A DNA stretch of 64,000 nucleotides from Ascidiella aspersa (Eukaryota): contig OZ004610.1 of the NCBI GenBank assembly GCA_963924565.1, positions 10,106,001-10,170,000 on the forward strand, written 5' to 3'. This document shows positions 37,443 to 50,700 of the stretch, one piece after another (position 1 is the stretch's first letter; every line of letters starts with the position of its first letter). Under the pieces are notes generated by a model. That model saw only the letters and a program-made list of their open reading frames with translations, had not been told where the DNA came from and did no database searches. The position numbers and the translations under genes are program-made.

Positions 37443-40400
37443 ATGGACTTCTCAGATGTTCTTATAGAACAACTTTCTTCTGCCATTAAAGCTGTATGTA
37501 GCCTTTGTTCTAAATTTAAATGCCAACTATGTGTGTGTGTAGTGTGTTCACTTAAATATTTAAAATACTGACTTGTAACTTGTATTGAAAATGTATACAA
37601 TATAAGTTACTGAAAATTTTTTTATTGAAAATTTATTTTGTAAATACATAAAATAATTATTTACTATTTTTTTTCTTTGTCGTCTAATTCCAGGTTCAAA
37701 TACATCAAGTCTTAGTGGACGATGCTGAAGGGTTTGGGAATGACAATAGCAAATCTGTTAATACACTTCTGCTTAGCCTTGACAAGATATTTCTTTATGG
37801 GTACTGTATGTTGTCCAATTTAAAAAAAAAACATTTAAGCAATTTTTATTGAGTTTGCCATGAAGAGTTTGTCAGCTTACAATAAAAAATAAAAGCAATT
37901 CCTTTTATGCGTCATAATAGTTTATTTAAACTAAAAGTTTATTGTATAATGTCATATATTTTTGTTTAATAAATATTTTTAATTTTCATAGGTTGCGAAA
38001 CAAGCAAAATGGATATTGGAATGTCGTTAGACCCTATTGTAAAAGAGACATGGTTCAAATGTTGTATTCTCTTCGGAATGTAACTACTGATCTGGGAAGA
38101 GGTTTGAGCTTCTTTTTTTCACAGAAAAACATAAGTAAAAAAACAATAAGAAATAAGTAATTGATCAGACCAAAGGTTTCAAAAATTGGGTTTGACAAAT
38201 AGAAAAACTTTTGGATAGATTTGAAAAACTTTTGGATATTACTATTATTTACTATCATTTTTTTACAAAGTTTTGTTATGTATATTGATTTTGTTTTTTG
38301 ATTTTTTATACAGGCCTGTGTGAAAAACTAAAAAATAGTCTGAGTTTGTCATACTAATTATATTGAAAAGTTTGGAAACCACTAGACCCGTTTAAGAAAT
38401 TTAATTGCCTTTTTACAAATATGGTTTTCGCATTTAGTCAAACATATTTTTTGTTCAAATGTTTTTGATATATAATATGTTTATCCATTTATTTTTAGGT
38501 CGTGCTTGGTTATGTGTAGCACTCAATGAAAAGTTACTTGAAAGCTTTTTAATTAATATCCAACATGGTATGCAGCAAATGGATATGTTCTACAACAGGT
38601 AAGTACTAATATTTGCTTTACCTTTGTTAACTAACTTTCCTTATTTTAAGCAAATATTGTGTGGTTATTCTAATTAGCTTTTTTACAATGTATTTATATT
38701 AATTCAATACCAAAGTTGCGCCTCTGTAAAAAAATTTTAAATAATTTTTAAAAGTTAAATAGATAATAAATGATTTTATTATTTTCACAGCTTTGCAATT
38801 ATCAAGTCACACAAGGTAAGATAAGTTTTGTGTCAATTTTATAATAGTTACTCTGTGTGTTTGAGTCTTTACTTTCCCTGTTTTCACTATTTTTTATTGT
38901 TTCTCTGACCTGATGAAGCATGGTTGTGTGAAAACTCATTAACTTGTTAACAGTGACACCTGTTTTCAGTTTTTGAATAATACAAATACATAGTCTATCA
39001 ACCAAGATTTTTATAATAGTGCATTAATCTTATGCAAGAAAAAGTTTTAGTGGCTCACTTAACATTTTTTAAAGTCATAAATAGTATTTGAATCGTACCG
39101 AACTACTCATCCAGGCCATATAAATTATTGATACATGTAAGCATGCACATCTGTGATATATATACTGTTAAAACTTTATGGGCTGGGTAAAAGGAAATTG
39201 ATATTTATTTAGACAGGCACACATGCAGACATGAGGCAGTGGGACTATGTATGAGAAAATAAGGCATGAGTTTGCCTTTTTTCCTGTTTTTTTTAATAAT
39301 GGATTATTTTTAATTATTATAATTGGATAAAGTTGTATTGTATTTACAAAACATCCAAATAATGTCAGTCCTAGGCATGCTTTAAAACCTCATTACAAAA
39401 TATCATTTTTCCTCTTATTGTTTTCAGATTCATCTGTTTGTTGATTTGTTATGTGGATTGGAGTTTGTCGATTTTTCTTTAGATATGGTGAGAAAACATA
39501 CATGTTATTTAAAAAAAACAATAGGTTTTTACTTCATCAGACACAATGGTTCCAATTGTCTGTCGAAATGTAAATTATAGACTCTAAATATCTAATTTAC
39601 ATTCTATACCTAGTCTATTCTGAAACAAGTGACAGTTAGATTTATACTTTTCTATACAGGACCAAAGTTTTCTTGATATATCAATGCTTCCAACAAATAC
39701 ACCTGAACCCCCAAGGTTGCCCTATATAGCGCCTACACTTTCAGAAAGTTTAAATCCCAATGTTGAAGCTGGTTCCTCTGTTTATATTAACACAGACCCT
39801 ATCGCAAATCTAGCCAAAGTTGGAACTCAAAAGGCTGCCAATGCTTTGCAAGGTTTTCTACAATCTTCTTCTCGGAAGATTTTCAACAGGCGAACAGAGA
39901 CAGGAATAGTTTTGGACACCATTTATGATTATTCCACTTGCATACCAACGACTCGGCCTCCTACAGAATGTTTGCTAACTTCAGATGAGGACATACAACA
40001 CAATCCAACTCTATTGGAACCACTTATTCCGCCAATTGATTGCCCAACAGCACTACCCAGTTCACAAAATATATATTCAGCCCAAATTGACATCCCTAGT
40101 TTTAGTGTTGAGTCAAACTCTGGTGTAAATGTGAAAAATTTAAAACACAACCCCAGGGTAAGGCACAATCCATTCGGAACTGTCAGTGAAGAACAAATTG
40201 CTGAAGAAATCAAGCTGAACTATGCACCTTCATCTGCCACCAGACACAACTTGGATGTCCTTGTAACTGACAATCCCATTGAGGTGGTTCACCAAAGAAA
40301 GCGAAAGAAGAGTGACAAGCGTAAGAAACAAAAAACAAAATCGCAAAGTACGCAGTGCGATGAAATCAAACTAAAAAGAGAATTTTGTGCTGAAACTGAC

Positions 40401-43400
40401 TCTGGCTTAATGAGTGACTGTGAGGATGAGCACTGTTCACTCTATTCAGCCTCCTCTGGCATGAGCACATCATTCAATGATGAACCTATATTTGCTTTGT
40501 CGCCTAACAGCAGTACGCAAGAGTATACCTTGGTAAAAAGCACTTGCTCTATTCAGGAAACCAAAACTTTGAAATATGTTGCACCTGATGTTTCCGATCG
40601 AAACACACTTTTCACAACAAATAACTCGGAGGATTGTGCCATTATAAAAAACACTGCAAGTGCCATGTCTGTTTTTAATGATACAAGTCAGAGTCACACT
40701 GTTTCTACAGATTTAAAATCAGAAATTGCAGAAAATAGTGATACATCTATTTTAAATATGATTTCTATTGACGAAGGTACAGTTGACCTTCATTCCAGCA
40801 ATGTTATTCCATCAACCATGGGTACCTTTAGTTCATGCTTATCAGAGGTTGGCCAGCAAACGTCATGCAACAACAGTGCAATTACAGAGACTGAACAAAA
40901 CACCTCATTTGAAAAAGCATCTGCAATGGGAAATTTAAGTTATTTATATGCTAACGTGCACAAACCTTTAAAGAATTCTATTAATTTGCCTTTTGAACCA
41001 ATACTAGCAGGAAATGAAATTTCCATAAATTCCAGTCTTAAAAAGAGAATTAAAAATTCACCAGTTGATGCTGAAGAAGATTGTTTTCAGCAGCATGTCT
41101 CCACTTCCACTGTGTTGCCTAAAAGTGTTGAAGCAATGGTTGATCATGAGTCACTTTGTGAAAACATTTTAAATGAAATAATTGAAACTGTTCAAATGAG
41201 GTTGTCAATATCAGATTCAGACAAAAAGTCAAATGTTCAATACTGTGAAGACACAGCACAATTCCAGGTTTTAAGCGACTGGTCAATTTACACCTTATCC
41301 TCAATGGATGAGAATGAAAGCATTTCTTTTTCTAAAATAAAAACTGATAATAGCATGTGCCAAAACAAAATATGTGTAAGTCCAAAAATTGTAGATGTTG
41401 TTTCTGAAATTAGTCTTTGCCAAAATAAGGATGAAAGAAAAGAATCCTGTGTATCTAATTTATGTGAAGAAGATTCTATCGCAAGCGAATGCAACTCTGT
41501 TTCAAATTCTGCCAACTGTACAAATTTAAACAAAACCCCAAATGAACATACATGTATTGTAAATATTGACAATAATTTAAAGCTTAAATTAATGCTTGAC
41601 GTGTTTCTCAGTGAAGATGAGCAACTATTAAAGGTAATTTGAATATACATTTTTTTTATAATAATTATACAATATATTATATACATTGTTATAATTTTGC
41701 AGGATAAAACACATTTCGATTATTTTTATCGCTTTTAATATCACTTATTTTTTATATCTCCAGCAGCTCTACATTAATGAGCCTTATTTATATTTATTTT
41801 CTTGTAACAGATGATTAGATTTAAAACGGGCAACCAACAAGAACTTGTAGGTTCTCTACATATTGCTTTTGCTGACAAGTTTGTCTATATCGTAGAAGAG
41901 GATTGTACTTCATTTTTGAGAAAAAATTATTTTGCATACAATAAAGTGTCTATGGAATTTATGTGTGACAACCAGGTGAACTACCAAATAAATACTTAAA
42001 GGACAAACTGTTATTCATGTTGAACTTAAATCTTGCCTTTTCAGGGTGTTTTTATCACTTGTCTAACAACAGGAAAATGTTTGTTTAACTGTGAAACCTC
42101 CGATGCTTCTGTTTCCCAAATAATTCAATCACAATTTATGAAGTATCATGTAACCGATACTACTTTTGTTGCACAACAGGTACTTCATAGCTTTGTCATA
42201 TCTTTAGTCTTGTACTAATTTTATTTTATTTTTGTAGACAGCTGACATTGGGTTTGAGAAGCATTTAGCCGCGATCAGGAAATGCATTTTCTTGGAAACT
42301 GGAAAGCCAAACTGCGTGATTGATCTGTACCGTTTGATTAACATGTTGAACTTGTGCCAGTCGAATATATATGGTTAGAATTGACTACTGGCTCAATAAT
42401 ATACTTGACTGTGTATGGTGTTTTACAGCCCTTCTACATTTTATGATCGTTTTTTAGGACGAAAGGAGGGAATCTTGTTATGCAAAGGTACAAGATCCTT
42501 GTTTTTTAGAGAGCGCTGGAGTAGTTTCAACTTCGTCTTGGATAGGATCAGCCTGTCACAGTTTAAAAACAGGTACATCAATGCTATTAATCAGATGTTT
42601 CGATACTCAATAAACTAATATTTATATAGTAAAACAAAAAAATCAACTGTTTGTTTTTCTGTTGAATGTGTTTTATGCGACCTTTAAGAAGCAGCAGCGT
42701 TATATAACACAAAACTATAAAATAATATTCTGTGAAATTATAGCTCCAAATTCAGAATTGTAGTTATTTAAACGAAAAACTATTAAAACAAAAAGCCTTC
42801 TCTTAGTTATTTACCTTCCATGTTACCCGTCACTTGTCAAACACAGCAAGAACGTGGCGCTCGTGATTGAAAAGCAAATGCGTGGCACGACTCTTTAGCT
42901 AACCAAGTCACATTTTTTGCATTAAGAAACGCCAGCAAACCGGAACAGAGCTGGCAAATATCGAACTTGTTGCACTGCCAGATGTCAATGAACGACCCAT
43001 GCTGCTTCGAGCTGCTAATGAATGACGGCAAGACTGTCGAGCTTAAGGCTTTAAGTGCGCAAGCTTGTACTGAGTGGATCGCCGCCGTTCAAGCCATTAT
43101 CGAGAACCCCAACGCGGTGGGTGACACTGTATGTAAGCTTTCGCGGGTAATACTAATTTACGGAATAACGAATGGTCGGAACGCTCACTAATTTAAGTGT
43201 TTTCACGTTGAAACAATTATTAAACCAACGCACAATATTTGAGTTAGGGTCGGGGTTAGCGTTTGGGTGCAGGTGGGTCAAGTGTTATTATATTTAATAA
43301 TAATACTGTGTGCGTTCCGACCATTTATCATTCCGTAAATTAGTGTTACCTGCTTTTGCGGTCGTGCGTTATCGTTTTTTTTTTGTATTCGCATATGAAA

Positions 43401-45730
43401 GCATGAAGGCAAAATAACCAAAAGAAGACGTTTGCCTGATTAAGTTTTATTGTGATGCCATCCCATTGATGCTCCCCATCGTATTTTTTTAAAACGAATT
43501 TATATGAAACAACATATAGTTTTGCTAGGATAGCAAAACTTTACATTAACGTCTTGATTGCTGCTGCAGTGCTACTACTTAAGCCAGTACGAGGATCAAT
43601 ACGTAATTATTTCAATGTACAGGATTGAATTGTGCACTCGCCCGCTCACCAATGCGAGTGAAAATCGCTCCGGGCGAGTGCTGATTGACACCCACGCGCC
43701 CGACTAGCGAGTGGCCTTAGTGAGAAATTTAATTAGTTGTTGCAGGACAACCAAGGGCGTATCCAGAAATCCAAAAAGGGGGTCCCGAATTTTCAACTTA
43801 GGGAATTTCCCGTTTTTCCATCTGACGTTAATCACGTCATAAAATAGTGACAGATATGCCGTCATAAAACAGCGATTGTAATGACGTTTTAAATAATAAA
43901 AAAAAATCATCGGAAACAGCAAATTAACGTCCAGCAAAATCAAACTTTTAGACGCAAAACGCACACGTGCGTCGCCGACACTCCTGCCAGGCGCCAGCTG
44001 CAAAACCGCTTAGTGGGCATTCGTTAACTTCAGGCGAAAAACTAAACAAGACCGTAAAATAAATGTGATTGATTTTGGTAGAACCGTGTACGGGACTACG
44101 CTAAATTACAAGCACGTCCGTCGCCTTCTGCAATACTAAACGAAGATCGTTTTTCCCCGGTGTTATTTGAGTAGCGCAACATCTGCAAAAACGCCACTTT
44201 AATAGTTAATCTAGTTCAGTGTTTATAACCTTTTTAACTGAGTGCATAACTGGCAAGCTAAGCGAACGCGATTTTTGGGGGGGAATAACAGAATTTCATT
44301 TAAATTTCTTGCAAGTTTTTATTACATTGCCGAAAGTAAAAAAGCTGTTAAAAAATATATGATCAATATTGTTTAATACGTTATCCGTTTGTCCGCGACG
44401 CACTTGACAGCCTTCCATGGCGCAACGGTAGAGAAGCGCTGATTTAGTTCAAAAGACAGCACCAAAGCTTACCACACCGGACGTAGAAAGAACATTCGCG
44501 CCAACCGCGAAAAAAAATTTTCGCACCTGCGTAGTTAAAATAGTCAAAAAGTATTTAAAATGGACTCGTGTATAGGTTGTCGAAGAGGCAGCGGACCCGA
44601 TGAATTACAGAGACCGCTTGATTGATTGTTATTAATTGTCGAACACACACTTGCTATTCAGCCAACCCGAACGAGTAACGAAAGGCGAAAGAGAAAAACT
44701 ATCTAGCGTTTACGGTCGACCAAACAAGAAACGAAAAAGGCCTTTGCGTTTGATTTTGGTTTCGCATTATCCAGACGCGTAACTCAATTACACTGAAAAA
44801 AAAACGCAGCTTCGGACGGTGAGTTAAACCCTGACAAAAACGAACAAAAAACGATAATGTCACTTACGAAAAGGGGAGCCCCCCTTGATACGCCCCTGAG
44901 AACAACTCGCCAATACTATGCGAAATATTACTTGTGGCCAGCCAAACGATTCTGTTGCTTGTTGGCTGAAAAGTGTCAATCAAAAGTGACACTAAGTACA
45001 GAAGCAAATTTTCCTCAAATACATTTAACCTTATTGTAAGGCTATTCGAAATCGCGTTATAAACTCGTAATAAACACTATTTGTCCCGTTTTATGATCGT
45101 AATAAAGACTCTTTGTCCCGTTTTTTTTTCGTTTACAGTCAAACAACCAAAGGCGCCATTACTGCAGTGGCAAATAGTTACGAGGTTTATTGATTAACTT
45201 AAACGTTGTAAATTGTTAAATGTTTAACCTATAGTCGTTGAATCCTTTGGAAATATTTCTTGGACTTGCGTTGTACCCAGCGATAAGAATTTTACTTTTT
45301 TGTTTTTATAGTGCCCCAAAACAATCTCAGCGTGCCAAGTTGGTCCAGGTGCTCAACACCTGGCCGAAACCCACTATACTCCAGCACAAAAATGACTCCT
45401 TATCGTGCACTGTTACAGGACTCGAGCGGCTCTTGCGTGTCCTGCTCCGTGGTGGTGGCGGAGAACCAGCTCTTTTTCCTGGAGGAGGAATTCGCTTCGA
45501 TGTTCTGCCGCTGCCTCTCGCGTCTCCAGATGAGCGACATCGACAGCGTCCAGACGCAGAAAGAAGATGATGAAGGATGCGGGTGCATCTTGAAGGCGAG
45601 GTGCGCGGAATGTCGCCGGGAGGAACCGTCGTTTTCCTTAGAAGGAAACTGCTCTTGCACGAATCTGCTCCTTCTATTTCGTACTCCAGACCAACGCCGC
45701 GAGTTTGACCGACTGGTTAAAGGCACTTGA
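37443..45730 (+). CDS. PLEKHM2: PLEKHM2/SKIP-like RUN- and PH-domain protein, 13 coding exons, ~1200 aa
   Basis: Exons 37443-37493, 37694-37800, 37992-38101, 38499-38598, 38791-38815, 39428-39487, 39660-41633, 41811-41975, 42045-42179, 42238-42373, 42458-42572, 42927-43132, 45312-45730 join in frame. RUN motifs LD.IFLYGL, GYW, TDLGRGRAWL.VALNE..LES, GLEF..F.LD; PH domain KEGILLCKG...W...EWIAAV. Confidence 0.88.
43146..43350. mobile_element. Small foldback MITE with telomere-like internal module
   Basis: TIRs ggtaatactaatttacggaat...atggtcggaacgc / gcgttccgaccat...attccgtaaattagtgttacc; internal segment shared with ~22437-22472. Confidence 0.8.
43752..44898. mobile_element. Non-autonomous hAT element containing a nested MITE (44217-44441)
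   Basis: Outer TIRs caagggcgtatccag / cttgatacgcccctg with TSD aggacaac/agaacaac; inner TSD atctagtt/atttagtt. Confidence 0.8.
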
Positions 45731-47738
45731 CGCATTTTTTTTTCTTGATTCATATGAATTTTACAGGCAGGTACCGATTGCATTTTAGTGCCTTCCCGCC
45801 AGAGATCTTTGGCGTGGAATGCTTGCCCTAAATCACGCCAGTAACGCCATTTGGCGTCGAATTTCGACGGCCTAGTAAATTAACCGAAAATAATGGTCAT
45901 TTTTATCCTACCAGGATAACATTGTACGTTTTGTTTTATTTTCTCTTCATGACAGTTACATAAATATGCATGTCAAAGTGTTACAACTACGTTAGTTTTT
46001 ACTTCGCCACGATGCGCACTGAAAAAGTACTGCTAACTTATTGTCAAAGCCGACAGGTATACGACCAGAACTGTTTGTGTTTGAAAACTCCTCTGAACAA
46101 GGTTTAACTGGTTTGTGTAAGGTCCGAAGTATATTACATTCCAAAGTTTGGTATTATTTTATGCAAATTTTTACTGATGTTCGAATCTACAAACCGGTTC
46201 CAATAGTAAATTAAATATAATAGTGACTACTAAACTAAAATAATAGTGAATTGTTAATATTCACTTACACTACTTCGTTCATTACAATAAGGGAATATTT
46301 AGCTCGAATCCTACTAATTGCAATATGATACTACTTTTTGTTGCTAAATTCGTAAAGCAGTGTTTCGTAGCCTTAGTCATAATTCTATTGAGTGGAAGAA
46401 TATCGTTAAATGTAGCGGAAGAGTTTTTTCATTTCTATGTTGATAAGTGTTATTTAAAGATTTACCCGAAAGTTGAAATGATTTCTAACAGAAATATGTT
46501 ATCAGTTAAAGAGTGGATAAGGTATATTAATAATTTCTGTAGGTTTTCGAACATAGCTCACTGTGATGATTATTTTTGATTACTTGACTATACACTTTCT
46601 TTCCTGTGTTTTTACTCGTTTTCTTCACTGCCCTTCTTAAGTTTCGCAATAAATTCATCGGCAAACACCTTGACCAATCTGTAACCTTTATTTTTGCCAT
46701 TTCAAATCAATTAGGTACGTTCTGGATCGTGGTTATGGTCGCGGATATAAAGAAACGTGTCTTTTAGAAAGAAAACAATTTTTTTCATTTCAGTTTAAAC
46801 GTTTTTCTAAAATCTAAATGACTGTTTCCAGCACAGTGTTTTCAAACTATTTGTCGCCGAAAGTTCTCAACCCCCTTTTTAGTCTTCCAGATCCTACCTG
46901 ACCCCCTAATTTTGGTGGAATCCTATACAATTCGGCAAAATGTTCGCATTTCCAGACAATTGTATTAAATTTGCCAAGAATTTCTGGGGTACCGGTACGT
47001 CATAAGCATGCAATAAGAGCTATATATAAGCTGTGTAAGTATCTTTTTTTTGTTAAGGCTTAATGTGATCATCGTGCTACAGAAAAGCCCTTTATTACAT
47101 GCAGTAATATAGTTTAATGACTTGTAACCAACTGATATAAATCTTATGTGACATTACAAACCAATATCAAGGTAATTAAAAAATAAATTTTAGGTGCGTA
47201 AACTTGAAAAAAATGACACAAGATACGCCAGAAAGGTACGTATACCAGAGTTGACTGGGCAACACAACATTGTAAAAACGACGCAGTTTGATTACTCTCT
47301 ATCAACAAACGTTATTCTAAATAATTCAAATACTTTTTTTTATAAAAATTGCCCAGTATTCTCATCACATTTCAGACCATCGTTAGTTTCCAATGCAATA
47401 AAATATAATGGATGTAGTAGTAAAGCATGTTTATGGTAAGGCGACCGTCGCCAGCGGAAAACGAAAAGAAAGTCGTTTCCTTTTTACGCCAGTTATTTTT
47501 CGCGACATGCGAGGCTATACACGGTCGACTATCGTCGAATAACAAAGGAAATAGGACAGGATACGCATAAGGTCTCTATACACAACATACGTCATCAAAC
47601 CAAGTTTTGTTTTTGTTGCACTTTAGAAATCACTTTGTAGTGTGATTTAAACCAAATATTGTCTATTTTTTGCAGTGGTAATGCAAAAGGTTAATATTTA
47701 GATCTGCAAATTGCCAAATCGAATATTGGGTAGATACT

Positions 47739-50700
47739 ATGTCATTAGTTTGTAGGCCGCATCGGCTTGCGTGTTGCGTAAAGCTTTTATGGAGGACAAG
47801 TCTTGTGATTTTCATGATATGCATTTCTGTCGAAAGAAGAAACTTTGTCAAACTGTTCGAAAGCAGGTAAGAAGGTGCTATTCATGTTTATATAAAAACA
47901 TCGTTATATCAGGAAATCGAGTATTTAAAAATTAATAAAAGTCACAATGAATTTTCTTTTAAAATTTGAACTAAAATCGTTTTCGTGAGTTGAGTTAAAG
48001 ATTATCACAAACCACTGTCCACTTTGAAGGTTTAATTTAGCTGAAGGAAGCAAAGAGGCAAGAAATTTCGATTTGCAAGCGGTTCGTACAAGGCTTCCGC
48101 GAAATATTGAAGATGAACGTCTTTATCGTTGTCAAGGTTTGCTTTAAATTGTGGCAATAGTGGATCTTTAGTGGTTTTAAAGCTTTAAAGAGTTCGAATA
48201 TTTTAAAGGAGGTATGTGAAATAACCCATGACGAAAGGACCTACCAAACTTCTAATTCCTGCAAGTAATTTTAAAACGATAAAACAGATTCTGTGGAGAA
48301 AAAAACATATTAAAAAATCAAACGTTTTAGGCGAGTATTTCCTTTTGCATTTTGGGTATTTATATTCTTTAAATGTTCAGATTAGTTATAAGCGTCAATA
48401 TAAAACATGTAAAAGATGTTTTATCAGTTTTAAAATTCAACAAAAACACTATGCGTGACGATTATAATGTATTTATACCCTATGTTTAGCGTCTTACCTT
48501 GGATGTATCCACAATAACAATGGCGCCGAGAAGATATTTCTGCGCTTGACTGGCAAGATCTTTGATGACAACACGGTACAGAAATGCATCTTGCAGTGTT
48601 ATTTGCAGTAAGTTTTAGAATTGGGAGTTGACAATAAGCGTAACTAGGTTAACTGTCGACTTCCTAAAACACTAAAAATAATATACTCTGCGTATAAAAT
48701 TTACTTTTCATAAACGACGTCTTAAAGCTTGCACTCTTACTCACTTATAGGGGACTTGAACTTTCGGCAGTGCAACGAACGCGGTGTTATTGCGCCAAGT
48801 TTTTCACGCCCAAGCAAAGAATCGATGTGCGGCGAAGGGAGGAATGTGCGGCACCTTGTCCGGGCAACAGTAATGCTACTTGCGGCGACGAACTGTCCAT
48901 GCAGACCTATCTGCGGAACACTCCCTGCCATAAAGGTTGTAACGAATGCGACAATATTGGCCTGTAGCATTCCGTAACATGGTATTAATACTGAGTAGAC
49001 GCATTATACTTAATTTTGATCTGTTGTCACAAAATGCTGTAAATTACCCAATAAGACAAAAACAACAGTATTATTGTTTTTAAACGAACTTCATTTACCA
49101 CAGGAACACAGTTACATTTAAATAAAAGCGTACCACAGGTTGAGAACCACTGCTCTAGAGAGTCGAACTCACCCCCGTGAGTTTACCTACATTTATCTAC
49201 CGGCCAGCTACCAATTAAACGTTTAAAGGCTGGTATAATTATATCACATTTTATAAGTTTTACTTTTTCGTAGGCCCGTTTACCCAAGGTGACGCAAGAT
49301 CTGCTGAGTTCGGCTGTTATTCGTTATCCTCTTTGTCTGGCTTTGTTGCCAGAGATCTGCCTACCGTAGATCACATGCGACCCATTGACTGCCTCTTGGA
49401 ATGTGAAAAGGCGGGATTTCACTTGGCAATGATTGATGAGAACGCGAAATGCAGTTGCGGAAATTTAAGCGGGTATATAGACCGATACTTTTATTACTTT
49501 AACTGTAAATACGATTACAGCAGTAGCAGCTTTAGCTGTATTTTTTATTCAAATGTGATCTTGTTTTAGTCAACTCAGAAAAAAATGGAGGTTTTTGGTG
49601 TATAGGTGAAATAAGAAATAACTATTTCTTTAGTTGACCGATAAAATATACAAAGAATTAATTGATCTTATGTGGAATCCCCACCTAAAAATTGAATCTC
49701 TGGAACTACGTCTCTTACCTATATTTCGAAAGTGTGCCTTTGTCTATAAAGCGTTTTACCTCGGACTTTAGCCTCAAGACCACATTAAGAACAATATCAA
49801 TACGTCGAAAAAACACACTTTGGAATAAAACCAATATAGGACTAATATCAATACCTAAAAGATGTGCGGACACTTTGAAGGCATTTTGAAATGTGCGCAC
49901 ATATTTTCACAGCATTTAACGGTTTCCTTTTTACTCTGCATCCTTTTACTCCAACCCTTCACAACTAACTATTCTTCTCCTACTCTTTGTCGCTAAATAT
50001 TTTTCTCTAACTCTTCCCGCTTCCAACGCTTTTCCTCGACTTTTCCTTTAACTTTTTCCTCTAGTGTTACTTCTTCCTCTTAACTCTTCTTTTAACTCCT
50101 TTTCCGACTCTTTCTCCGAGTCTCCATCTTGATCTTCCCCCACCTCGATCTCAAACTCGTTCTCCAACTCTTCCTTTAACTCTTAACTCTTTCCAAATGT
50201 GCCCACATTTTTTAAAGCATTTTAAAATGTGTGCACATTTTTTTGCGAATTTTTGCGTGCACATTTTTGAGCACATTGTGCAAAAGAACGCCATGTCTCC
50301 TGTTGCAAACAGGGGCAAACAATCTGGTGAAAATTCAGCAGCGCCCTAACAGCGCTCTTTAAACTCAAACGTCGACATCATTGCAGCCGATGCCGGATTG
50401 ATGGCCCTCTATCGTCCCATACCCTCTCTCTGCAGTTTCAGGCGATATGTTGGCCACTTAGGCCTTATTTCGATGAATTTAGAAAGTATTCTGACAGGTT
50501 TAAATCTGTTTTAGGTCTTCATACGATTTAGATCTTATTCGGCCGTGGATTTTACTGTGAATTAGGATTTGTTAGGTCGTTATTCTTAATGCTATGATAT
50601 TGTAGATTAATCTGCTTTAGATTTGGTTGCTTTGTAGGTATTATTGTGTGCTACCCTCAATTCAAATAAAATACTTGCGATATCAGTTGTCTATGTATAC

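Noticed and set aside
50314-50441. Possible extra WSCD exon (..GLMALYRP..)
   Set aside because: Stops in all three frames after the acceptor, and 49472 splices in frame directly to 51313.
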